Translations under genes and position numbers: made by a program
Notes under the pieces: model-generated
What the model was told of the DNA's origin: nothing
The model's input: the letters and a program-made list of their open reading frames with translations, nothing else
Database searches by the model: none
In this document: positions 1 to 64,000 of the stretch, one piece after another
How positions within the stretch are numbered: position 1 is the first letter of the stretch
Layout of the letters: each line of letters starts with the position of its first letter
Source: Tubiluchus corallicola
Lineage: Eukaryota; Animalia; Priapulida
Assembly: GCA_030141605.1 (NCBI GenBank)
Contig: JAQGDQ010000867.1
Location: forward strand, 1 to 64,000
Reading direction: 5' to 3'
DNA: 64,000 nt

Positions 1-238
1 AAAATCTAAAAAATCCCACATACTAGCCTATCTATTTAAGTTTCTTTTCTTAATTTTTGTGTGTTTATTCATTTACTTCTTTCCTTTTTCTTCTTTTCTT
101 TCGCTGAATTATTGTTGAGTCTTCTCATTATCACGAATCGTTCGTTTATTTATTTATTTGGTCTATTATGTATTTATTTATTTGTTTGTTTGTGTTTTGT
201 TTATATTTATTCACATTTATTCTTGTTTGTTTTTCTAG

Positions 239-5889
<5,651 letters not shown>

Positions 5890-5920
5890 AAACTTCATAC
5901 AGACTTGTTTTACTGTTTAT

Positions 5921-6351
5921 CTTCTTCTTCCCAGCTTTTCCCTATTCGATGTCGCCGTTGTGAATGAGTCTTCTCCACACATTCCTATTGTTGACCATCT
6001 CTTCATTTATGTTCTTCTCTTTAAGGTCTCCATTAATACATTCAATCCATCTCCGCTTGGGTCGTCCTCTTCTTCTATTTCCATCCATCTCAACATCCTC
6101 ATCTCCACCACATCCAGTTTCTTCTCTTCGGTCTTCTTTAGAGTAGCTGCTTCCAGCCCATAGATTAGAGCGGGTCTGACCACTATCTTTGTGGACTTTA
6201 CCTTTAAGTCACACCGACTCATTCATAGAAGGTCTTGGCGCAGTTTTTACAGGCGGATGCCCTTCCTGTCCCTAACCCTCCCTATTTATCCGGGCTTGGG
6301 ACCGCCACTGAGTAGGGCTGGCTTGCCCCCCCCGCCCCAGTGGCTAGGTTT
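5921..6351 (-). mobile_element. Short, internally deleted RTE-clade non-LTR retroelement with 17-bp TSD
   Basis: TSD CTTGTTTTACTGTTTAT at 5904-5920 and 6352-6368; (GAA)n 3' tail; minus-strand peptides KIVVRPALIYGLEAATLKKTEEKKLDVVEMRMLRWM and DGNRRRGRPKRRWIECINGDLKEK...NRNVWRRLIHNGDIE*, typical of RTE ORF C-termini. Confidence 0.88.
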
Positions 6352-7693
6352 CTTGTTTTACTGTTTATACAAGTGGTAAAAATGAAACAGTGTATGTAAT
6401 TTTAGACCACCAAATAGTTGATAAGCTAAGATTGAAGGAATATGAGAGTTAGTTAAGCGAATGTTATCAAGGAAAATAGCAGTAAACAAAAGGAAACGAT
6501 ATAAACCGAAATCCTTTGGAAATACTATATTCTTTGTTGAGTTTATCCTCGTTGTACCACGGCTGGTACAACGTAATACGTACGATAAAAATATTGTTCC
6601 ATATAATGGTACAAATATTAATAGTTTAGTCACTAAAAATTGCAGCAAAAGTTGAATTGATGCACGATTTAAAACAAGGTTGATGAAATTACTTTAAATA
6701 CAGTTAGTAGACAGCATCTAAAATTGGTAAAACACACAAATTTAAAATTTTAAACATTCAATTCAAAGATTAATAAATTTGTACTTTAATGATAATCAAA
6801 AATTCATGCTAATATCCAGTGATTAGCTAAGTACAAAAAAAAGAACCAATGACAGTTAAATAAGCAATAAATCTTTTATAATATTGTTTAGTTTTGATTA
6901 GATGATGTGTGAAATTAGTGATGGTTATAATCTTGAGAAGTTGGCTTGTGATTCAACGAATAAACGTTAAACACTTGGGAAATTTTGTAACAACTTATAC
7001 GCCAGACCAATCTAAAATTTATGTACGTAGGTTCTCATGTGATTAGTTACAGATGTTAGAAATAATAAAAATTTTTACAGTTTTAAAAGACGTTTGAAAA
7101 AAATTATGTTCAAAGAACATGCTTTGCTGTGATGTGTGATAAAAATGTTTTAGGTGTAGCTTGTCTTTTTACTTGGATTATTGAAAAAAATTATGCTTGA
7201 CCTTTTTTTTTGACCTTTTAATGTACCCGTTTTTGATTGGCTCGTAATTCCATATTTGACAGGAATGAGTGCGTTCTGCCGTTTTGTTGAAAAAAACGCG
7301 ATTCGATTATTTAGCTATTTATAGGTTCTATAAAAAAATTGAGTTTAAATTTTTAATATTGTAAATGAAATGAAAAATTTAAATTGAATAAATTTGATGA
7401 ATAAAATAAATTCGTGGTGCGGGTAGAAATCGAAACTTGCAAAAGTCGTATGTCGATAGAAAATTGTTTCTCTGAAACTACTGCTTTACTTAATTCAAAG
7501 AGAACTTCAGCAGATATATTCTATCACTAGCACATTAGTTTCAAGTATTCAGTTGCTCTGGACTTCTACTGACATTTCACATTTCTTTCTTGTAGCTATT
7601 TACTTACTGACAATTGAAAGTGTTTGTCCCATAGAGATGATAAATCACGCCAATGATAATGTTTTGTATCGTGATCTATGTCTCGGTTCGTAA

Positions 7694-7992
7694 TGTTACG
7701 GATGCACCTGTGTCGGGTCAGGTGTAGGGCCCTCTACACACCCTGCTTCCACGTCAGCAGTGACTCACCCCTTTCTTGTAGGTCCAGACGTCTTGTTTGG
7801 GCCTACGCGTGGTGTGAGAAGCCAGCTGACCTGGAATGCCAGTATAAGTGTGTAGAGGTCACTACAGCCTTGATTTCTGACACAGGTGCTCCTAGGGTGT
7901 AGTGCTGTTACTGAGTTAGTTAGTTATTTTTTTTTTGTGAACGTGTATTTTGGTTCCCTATTTTCATTAGTGCTGTTAACAAACTCCGTACA
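7694..7992 (+). mobile_element. Solo-LTR-like element (~300 bp) containing a long imperfect hairpin
   Basis: Begins TGTTACGGA, ends TCCGTACA (TG...CA inverted termini); internal TATAA; GC-rich relative to flanks. No clear TSD. Confidence 0.45.
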
Positions 7993-10058
7993 GTGTAGTT
8001 TTTGTGTATTTTATTTTATGAGAGTTAAATGACATGCTATAACAGGTATAAGGTACTAGTTTACAGACATTGACTTAGTTAATTAACATAACATTTGTAA
8101 TTAAGTAATCGGTTACACAACGATAGTAAAATGGAACTTCATGATGCGCAATATCAAGACCGCCATGCCATCTTGGAGTTCGACCCCCTGGGTCGAATTC
8201 AGTCCAGCATTATCGTGAGGGCACACAGTATCTTGCTGTCATGCGCTGATATTTCATGGACTCTTTTTCTTCATGTGAAAATATTTTTCACGTGTTACTT
8301 TAGGGGTTCAAGACGCCGTCCATTATTTAATAACATCGTCTGCACTTTTGCGTGACTAAACCAGCACAAGTATAAAACGAATTTTTAAAAAAAATCCCAA
8401 CTATAAACATTTGATTGTGATTATGCACTCAGAGTCAAAGATGGCTAGATAAAGTCTTCCAATTTTTGTAAAATTTAATAGTAGTCGACTGTTAATTATT
8501 AATTACTCGGCAAAAACAATAACTAAAATGGGAACACCTCATCAGTTGCAATACCCCGGAGACTTATGCGTGTTGCTAGAACAGATTACACACGTCTCGT
8601 GTTTCGGTACATTAACTTTAGATGAGAAAGCACGGGTGCCTACACCATTTAATTCAAAATAACGTATAATCCGAAGGTTTTTATATAATTTTTGGTACCG
8701 AAAATTGTAATTTAAGTAATTTAAATCAACTATTTGAACGTGATACAGATAACGTGATATACTTGATTATCTTCAGTCTCTATGTCTTTCTTTCAGTCTT
8801 TATAGCTTTCTTTGTAATATTATAATATGGTTTATGTTATTTAAGTTGAAATAAAACGCAAATAAAAAATAAATAACAGTAATAAAATAAGAATAAAATA
8901 GTTGCTAGTACAATTCTTTAAAGATTTTTTTACTTATTTGCTACATTACTTGCCAACAAACCCTGTTTCGTTATACATTGTATTATACAATGTAGTCAAG
9001 CTGCCTGCATTATTCATGTGTTTTCGCTACTGAAATTGAGTTACAGTTCTATAGAGAATTGGTGAGTTTTCTCACTGACTTTTAGATGATCTTGACCATG
9101 CCAGATGAATTATTTATATTAGACGGTTGTGTAAAAATTATTATTCAGTAATATGTACGTATCAAATGTGTACCACTCTATATAAAGCTGAAGCTATGGT
9201 TAATTAAACTATCAGTTGTGATAAATTGTAATGTCAAAATTTCACCTTCAGTGACTGAATATTTAATTTATTCTTTGTATAATACTAACTACCACATTTA
9301 GTTTAATATTATATGGCATTACGCTATGCTATATAAATGCTAATATATCCTTATCATCAATGTTGTTGTTGTTATGATATTCGCAAACTGTGTTTAACCC
9401 AAAGAATGTTATTTTGTTAAAATCTAGTTCTAGTCTCAATGACCTAGCGCCATCTTTGATTATCCTTCTTCTCAGCAATTAATTTGTCCATATTTCAATT
9501 ATTGTTTAGCAATTGTAGAACATGTAATGTTTTACGATAATCGTTTTGTTTATGCTGCTGTAAAATAATTATCCAATATTTCATACTTTTATAAAGAAGA
9601 CGGTGGAAAAAGTTATTCTACTCAGTGAAAATCTTAAAATATTGTAAATTAAATATTATTGATCATAATGTGCCTTATGTTCTATGTTCTTACGTTCTTT
9701 CATGTTCTACATTATAATGTTCATGGATAATGTAGACGAGAAAATAATACCCATTATGAACTTCTTTATGGTTTCTGCCTTGTGTCGTAAACGGCAATAA
9801 TTTCGTTTATATTCATTCTATTTTAAAAAAATCTGTAATACTGTTTACATTTTTCTATAAATTTTTCTGAATAAGTTGCCTGCATGAATTGAGAACCAGC
9901 GGGCAATCAAATACTGAATTGTTCCGTGCTTATCTGTTGATAATTGACTCTTTAAATTATCCTTGTCAGTTAAACTAAATGGAAAGAAAGGAAAATTTCT
10001 GCTAATTAAGATGCTGAGCAGAAACGAGTCCAAATACATTTCTCCCAAGCCTGCTAAC

Positions 10059-10640
10059 GAGGGGCGTAGCCAGGTTGTAAAGTTAGAGGGAGCAAGCACC
10101 TAAAAAGACAATGTGACAGGGGCGTAGCCAGGTTGTAAGTCAGAGGGAGCAAGCACATAAAAAAGACAATGTGACAGGGGCGTAGCCAGGTTGTAAGTCA
10201 GAGGGAGCAAGCACATAAAAAAGACACTGTGACAGGGGCGTAGCCAGGTTGTAAGTTAGAGGGAGCAAGCACATAAAAAGACACTGTGACAGGGGCGTAG
10301 CCAGGTTGTAAAGTTAGTGGGAGCAAGCACATAGAAAAGGCCCCGCAACAAGTGCCAAGCAATTTTTTACGCATTGATTATACATTTTAATTTTGTGTTT
10401 AAAATCGAAACCCGTGGAAGATCCAATTTTAAAGAAAGTACATAACTCGTTAATTCGTTTTTAAAATTAAAACAAAAAGTTTTACAGTAAGCTCTTAAAT
10501 CTGAAAATGTAATAAAAACACATAAACGTAAAATGCAAACAAAATGAACAAGTTTTGCCGCTGTTGAAAAGACAACAATTTTGAAAATTATGCTCAGAGG
10601 ACAGGTTGGTCCCCTTGCTCCCCTACTAGCTACGCCACTG
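10059..10640. mobile_element. hAT-like MITE whose left terminus is tandemly repeated five times (57-58 bp unit)
   Basis: TIR CAGGGGCGTAGC / GCTACGCCACTG; flanks CTGCTAAC / CTGCTCAT (6/8 match); unit starts at 10059, 10117, 10175, 10233, 10290. Confidence 0.8.
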
Positions 10641-11142
10641 CTGCTCATTATACAGATTGTCTAAAGGTGTGAAAGAAGCCAGAAAATTAATTATATTTAT
10701 GCCGTGAAACTGATTTCATAATTGCATTCTGCATAGAGTTATGAGAAGTTTATTAAACTCATTCCAAATCGCATGAAGAATTATTCATTAATTTTGCAAC
10801 ATCTTACACCCTAACCCTTTACTTCTGGGTACCACTCGGTAGACATTTGCTCGGCTAACCCGCGTTGTCGACTGCAATTATTTTTATAATAATTGTAAAA
10901 ATGAGGCTTGACTTATGACAGCGGGCGCCCCTTTTTCTACACACGCGATTGCTCTTGTTTCGCATGCTTCAGTTACCTCTATTTCATGCATCTTAAGCAA
11001 AAAGCGAGTCTTCAGAGGAGGGAATTGTTCAGAGAAGTGGAACGTTTTCCGTTCATTTGCATCAACTTGGCTGTTTTCTTCAGCGCGTCAGGTAGAAAAA
11101 AACTGATACAGAAACTCTAATTATCGCTACTTAATTAGTGCT

Positions 11143-39860
<28,718 letters not shown>

Positions 39861-40186
39861 TATGAAAAAGGACTGCAGCCGCGCCATCTTAAATTAAAAT
39901 TAGTGCAACACCAGGCCTACATTCATCACTGAGATAAATTAACTACAGGGTAGTAACTATTTAGTTTGCAGTGTGAGTACTTACACTTTTGCAGTCCATA
40001 GCAATGCACTTTGCCGAGATGTTTGCATTAAAGCCACAGAGAATAATTAGGCCTATAGAATTAGCTACATGAATTGATTTTGTGTTTTTGTAGACTAAAG
40101 AGGCTAATGTATGTTTAAAATTTATGTTCATATTTCGACTGTACAGTAAACTGTGGCAACTTGTTGTTTTATAATAGACCTTGTAA

Positions 40187-40204
40187 AATAAAGTTTAAAA
40201 TAAA
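40187..40204 (+). promoter_or_regulatory. Candidate polyadenylation signals of the fasciclin gene
   Basis: AATAAA at 40187-40192 and 40199-40204, ~330 nt after the stop codon, with a T/GT-rich stretch downstream. The hexamer is common in AT-rich DNA. Confidence 0.45.
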
Positions 40205-40944
40205 CAGAATTTTGATATAAACTCGAAATTTACTATTAAATATAGTTTTGTTTCCGGTGCTTTTTGTTAATGGTGCGACAAATGTGGGAAACCTGAATTA
40301 CTCCAAAATTAGTGAGTGCAGATGAGATAAACAAAGAGTTAAATTATTAGAAGAGTATAGCAAAGTGAAAATTGTTTTGCAGTGTGAACGAGGGATAATG
40401 CAATTAACAAAGTTTTTCCTGCGAATGCCATCATTTCGTCAGCCTATCACTTTCGCCAGTACATCATTTTTCTAGTTTGTCATTATTTTTTTATTAGTCT
40501 ATCATTTTCGCCAATGTATCATTTCGCCAGTTGTATATAATTGAGAGTAGATGTCGCGTTTTGTGGACCATTATACGGCTTACTGCGAACGCGAGCGCTA
40601 TGCAGCAATAACGGTGCGTGGGCGGATAGCGCAGTTCATAAAATCTATTGAAACTAAAGCAAATGTAACAGAACAGTGACTTAATAAGATGTTCAGGTTA
40701 ATTAGTAAATGCTCATTCAAGTCATTAATGTATTCACGCAGTTACCAAATACCCGAGTTAGAACTCGTTCAGTTACAAAGGGTCTCTGAAATATAAAGTT
40801 GTTACAACTACCAAGTAATGTGTTACCCAGAGCGCAGACAGATTACTCTAAGTACCTATCATAGCCCACCAAGTGTCCAAGGTAACAAAACATCTGCATT
40901 TAAAAAATATTCAAACATTTATAAAGTGCCTAAGTTATCTGATC

Positions 40945-41634
40945 CAGTGGCGGCTCGTGTATAGGTACTGTGATACTACAGCGCCCCCTATTTTCACTCA
41001 TTATTATCGATAATATGCAATATAATAATCGTTTTCTATAGTTTTTCTTTATACTTGCGCGGAACCAGAGCACGTGAAGGAAGTATAATTTGCTTCACAG
41101 CCCAGCAACGCGGTGTTTGGCTGCTATGCGCATGCGACTATGCGCACATGTCTGAGATAAAACGCTGTACTTTAGGGAAAAAGAGTACTCTCGCTCACTT
41201 CAGTACGTGTTGTCAGTTGCCACGTATTTAAGAGCCGTATGTCGGCATATTCTTGACGAGGGCAAATGTTAACATATTTAGATTTTGCACAAAAAGATCT
41301 AAACACTTCAGCATTGATCCTTAGAAATAAATGCACTTGGGGCATTGCGGCAGGGAGTCCTTGCATAGAGAGAAGAGCAGAATCATGTCCCTGGACGTTT
41401 GATTCATTGTATGATGATGATGATGATATTCTTGAACTGTGACAATTTACGCTATTCGTAAGAAAACAATATTTTTGTTTAGGAGTTGATCAAAGTTATG
41501 TTTAAATTAGTTTGTTTGTTTAAAATTACAATTACAACATTATAATTACATAATCTTATGTTTGTTTCGTTTTACACACTAAAAAATTTTAATTTTGCAG
41601 CACTCCCACTAATTTCAACTACAAGCCGTCACTG
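40945..41634 (+). mobile_element. hAT-like MITE family C, copy 1
   Basis: TIR CAGTGGCGGCT / AGCCGTCACTG; 8-bp TSD ATCTGATC / GTCTGATC; inverted homologue at 47453-47937. Confidence 0.87.
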
Positions 41635-43269
41635 GTCTGATCTACCAAAATTATTAATATTTACACTTAATACGAGTGCCTAAGCTGTAATATCATTATT
41701 GACGCTGTTATCGTGCCTTGTCACTAAGTGTGCCCTTATAAATATCAACTTTACCAAGGTGCTCAGCTACAAACTGTTGACTTTTTACGTGTTTGTACGC
41801 CAACCTACTTTGCAAAACACAAGAATAAAAAATCAACTTCTCTCAAAATAACTTGTTAGGTACATGATTAATGATAAAAATTAATTGAATTATGGTTTAA
41901 GCTGTATAAACTGAGCAAAGCAGGTCATAATTTCATGACATTCATACTTAATTTTAATATTCTTATATGCAAAAAACGTTATGGTACATTGGATAAAATA
42001 ATAAAAGCTAGGTACCTCACAAGTTGTTGCCCGATTCCATAGTTTTTTTGTGTGTAGTCTTCAAAAACTAAATTTTAATTACGTCTGTTTCCTGTAATAA
42101 TTGCGGAATTTACAGTTTTAATATTTGTAATAGTTGATGTGTTTTAAAATTCGTATCACTGATTTATTGTTATTAATCTTGTTTCATTCGACCTGGCCTC
42201 AAGCCCGAAACTCGTAGTCTTTGCCATGCCCTCTCTGTTAAATTTACTATTCGCTCCTTAAAAGCAGAGAAGATGCGCAATGTGTCTAGCACAGATTTCT
42301 TCCTTTGTTCAGTCATCTTTTTTCAGCGTGACTTCAAACCTCTTCGTTTTCTCATCTCTGTTGCTTTTTTAGGAATTAAAAATTATCTGTTTCGATTTAT
42401 ATTATTTTCAGTTATAACTTCGTAGTTAAACCATAATTATTAGTTTTTTCTCATCGTTCCACATTCCAATATATGTTCTTCAGTTTCATCCTCTGTTTTT
42501 ACACACTGAACATATCAAATCTTTTTTCAAAGAATTTTTATAATTACATTTACCATAAACTAATTTCAGTTTAACTTCAAAATCTATTTAATTTAACTTT
42601 ATTTAATAAAGGTCTCTCGTTTCTTCGAACTACATTATATTCACATAAATACTTTTAAATATTCACTTATATACTTTTTAACTCTCCCGTCCCATAACTC
42701 AAAAACCCAAATTTAGTTTCTGTTCTTATCTCTTCTTGCTCGCTTTGTTTAGCGCATTGACATTATTGATGATGATTATCGACAATACAATTTTAAAAAA
42801 AATTGAAGAAAACTACTGGGGGAGCCATGACAACATGAGAAATAAGAAATCGATATTGTTCTAACAGAGTAAGAGTTTGATGTACAGTTTTGTTGCACCT
42901 AGGAAGGAATAATTTAAAAAGAATTTTTTTCTCCCGCCTTACCGTCTTTCTAGCCGCGCTATTTTACTTTGAGTTAAGTATGTTATGAAACAACGTTAAC
43001 TTTCCGTAGAGCTTTCTTTGGGACATCTTTGCTCCACTGGTGATGAGTCGTGAAAGGCTCCAAAAATAAAATTGGAGTAAAGCGAAGTAATCGCCGGCTA
43101 ACATAAAGAGTATCTTTATTGCGTCAGTGAGGGAGTCATTGAGAAGTGTGGTTGTGATTTTATTGATAAGGCAGCTGTTTTTACTGGATTTTTAGTGATT
43201 ACTAATTTGTCGACAAAATTAAATATTGCTCTCTGTTTCATTTCAATGTAAGCGCTTTGAAGATAAGTC

Positions 43270-62581
<19,312 letters not shown>

Positions 62582-63032
62582 GAAGCCTACTCAGCCTCTT
62601 ACAATAGATATGGGTAGAATGTTGTGCATTTTATCTTGAACTTTCCGGACCAGTTTTGCATTACGTTAGTTTTGATGTGTTGAGGACATGTATTAATACT
62701 CTAGTCTGAACACATGCACAGTTAAGTAGTTTTTAAAGTATTTAGTTACTATGAAAAATGTAGTAAAAAGTAGTTTATTAAGGCCATCACTCTTGAATAC
62801 TTTTTGAGTGCCGGCCAGAAAAATTTGACATAGTTGATGCTGTAGTGGTACCCTCATGATAATACATATGCATTATTGTAGCTAGTAACAGTATGAAATA
62901 GTTAATTCAAAATTAAAAAATTCTTCAGTCCTTCAAACTCACATGTGAGGGTTTCAATTCTTACTTAATAGCTTCTGTTTGATCCTTTCTGGTACAATTG
63001 GTATTCTCCATCATCACCTGTAGATGTAGTAT

Positions 63033-63165
63033 TTAAAGGAAAGAACAAGTCACAAAGTGATCGCGACTTTAAAGCGATTTTACTTGTTATTATTAAATCC
63101 TTCTAGCATTTTTCGCGAACATTTAAATAAGCCTAACCTCCTCGAAAGCTTGATCTTTCCTTTAA
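63033..63165 (+). mobile_element. Kolobok/T2-like MITE family B, 133-bp internally deleted copy
   Basis: TTAAAGGAAAGAACAAGTCAC joined directly to sequence homologous to 5436-5575; ends CTTTCCTTTAA. Confidence 0.8.
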
Positions 63166-63610
63166 ATATGTTGCTATTTATTTTTGCTCATCTGCAGGCG
63201 GTTAAAAATGCCTGCACCGATACACGATGTGTGTTTATATGTACAACTCATAAGCAAATTCGTGTAGCTCTTAACTTATTTTACATGCTTATTAATTTTG
63301 TATAGATTAATGTAGATAGTGATAAATTTATGTAGTAATTTAATACATAGGCTTTGTACTTTCATTTAAGCTAAGTCTTTAACTTTCGTGCACAGTGCAT
63401 AACTGTTGCTTTCTTGTGTCTTATATAATCCACTGGGTTGGTTATATTTATGTTGTTGGTTTGTGAATTTTATTAATTTTGCAAAAAAGTTTTTTATTTT
63501 AAGAGCCAGTAGCAGTTCTTTTCCATGTTTCTAGTTTGTTAATGATATTGAGTAGTAGATTTAACTGATCTGTATGTTTATGCAGCTGTTTGTCATTTTA
63601 AATGATGCAC

Positions 63611-63985
63611 AGTAAGCCTTTTCACAGTTCCAGCAATTGAAGATGAACGGCAAAGGTCAAAGGTTAATATTTGTGTACACTTGACAATGCCTCACTGTTC
63701 ATGCTATTCGAATACTAACAGTTTAAACAGCTAGAATCTTACCTGCTCCATTTTTTCTTGTTCCCAAGCAAGATTCTGCTAGTAAATCACACTACACACA
63801 GACTAATGCATAATTAAATAAAGGCCATGTAAAACAACTGAAGTCTGTGAACTGATGTGGCAGACGGGTTTACTTTATGCACATGTCATGTGACGGTTGT
63901 AGTTAAGATGCGTTGCAGTGGTACACTTAACCTTTGACCTACAGAAACTGCACGTGGGCACAACGAAACTGTAAAAAGGCTTATT
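63611..63985 (+). mobile_element. TIR MITE family E, copy 2 (unexpanded)
   Basis: AGTAAGCCTTTTCACAG ... CTGTAAAAAGGCTTATT; colinear with 56568-57257 but with a single AACCTTTGACCTACAGAAACTGC unit. Confidence 0.85.
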
Positions 63986-64000
63986 GTTGACCTGTTTTGA

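Noticed and set aside
7596-7693. Candidate extra terminal GPCR exon after a pyrimidine tract and TAG
   Set aside because: The only nearby donor (TCA|GTAAAT near 5878) is phase 0 and would add just LFTY*; no supporting homology.
10059-10340. CRISPR-like regularly spaced repeats
   Set aside because: The intervening sequences are near-identical rather than unique spacers; eukaryotic context, no cas genes.
40978-40995. CTCF-like motif (CAGCGCCCCCTA)
   Set aside because: Lies in a hAT-like subterminal region, lacks the CCA/CCT half, and is degenerate in the sister copy.
43027-43082. Hammerhead-like segment (GTGATGAGTC...GGC) within a stem upstream of PGM2
   Set aside because: Lacks intact CUGAUGA and GAAA core positions and stem III.

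Overview
AT-rich, intron-rich animal (probably invertebrate) genomic DNA, not prokaryotic; most ORF-track calls are microsatellite artefacts or single exons. Reading splice sites by hand gives three + strand spliced genes with consistent intron phases: (1) the 3' part (TM4-TM7 plus C-tail) of an adhesion-type GPCR, 239-5889; (2) a complete 13-exon TGFBI/periostin-like gene (signal peptide + EMI + 4 FAS1, ~650 aa), 11143-39860; (3) a complete 18-exon PGM2/PGM2L1-family phosphomutase gene (~602 aa), 43270-62581. Introns and intergenic DNA hold many non-autonomous DNA transposons (Kolobok/T2-like, hAT-like, piggyBac-like, Tc1/pogo-like, fold-backs), LINE and SINE remnants, long compound microsatellites and minisatellites. 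I found no clearly new biological system. The most notable signals are tandem arrays anchored on splice signals, minisatellites arising from MITE ends (one with an unexpanded sister copy in the window), a GC-rich rod-like hairpin in a solo-LTR-like element, and a TSD-flanked, internally deleted RTE element. All coordinates were counted by eye.
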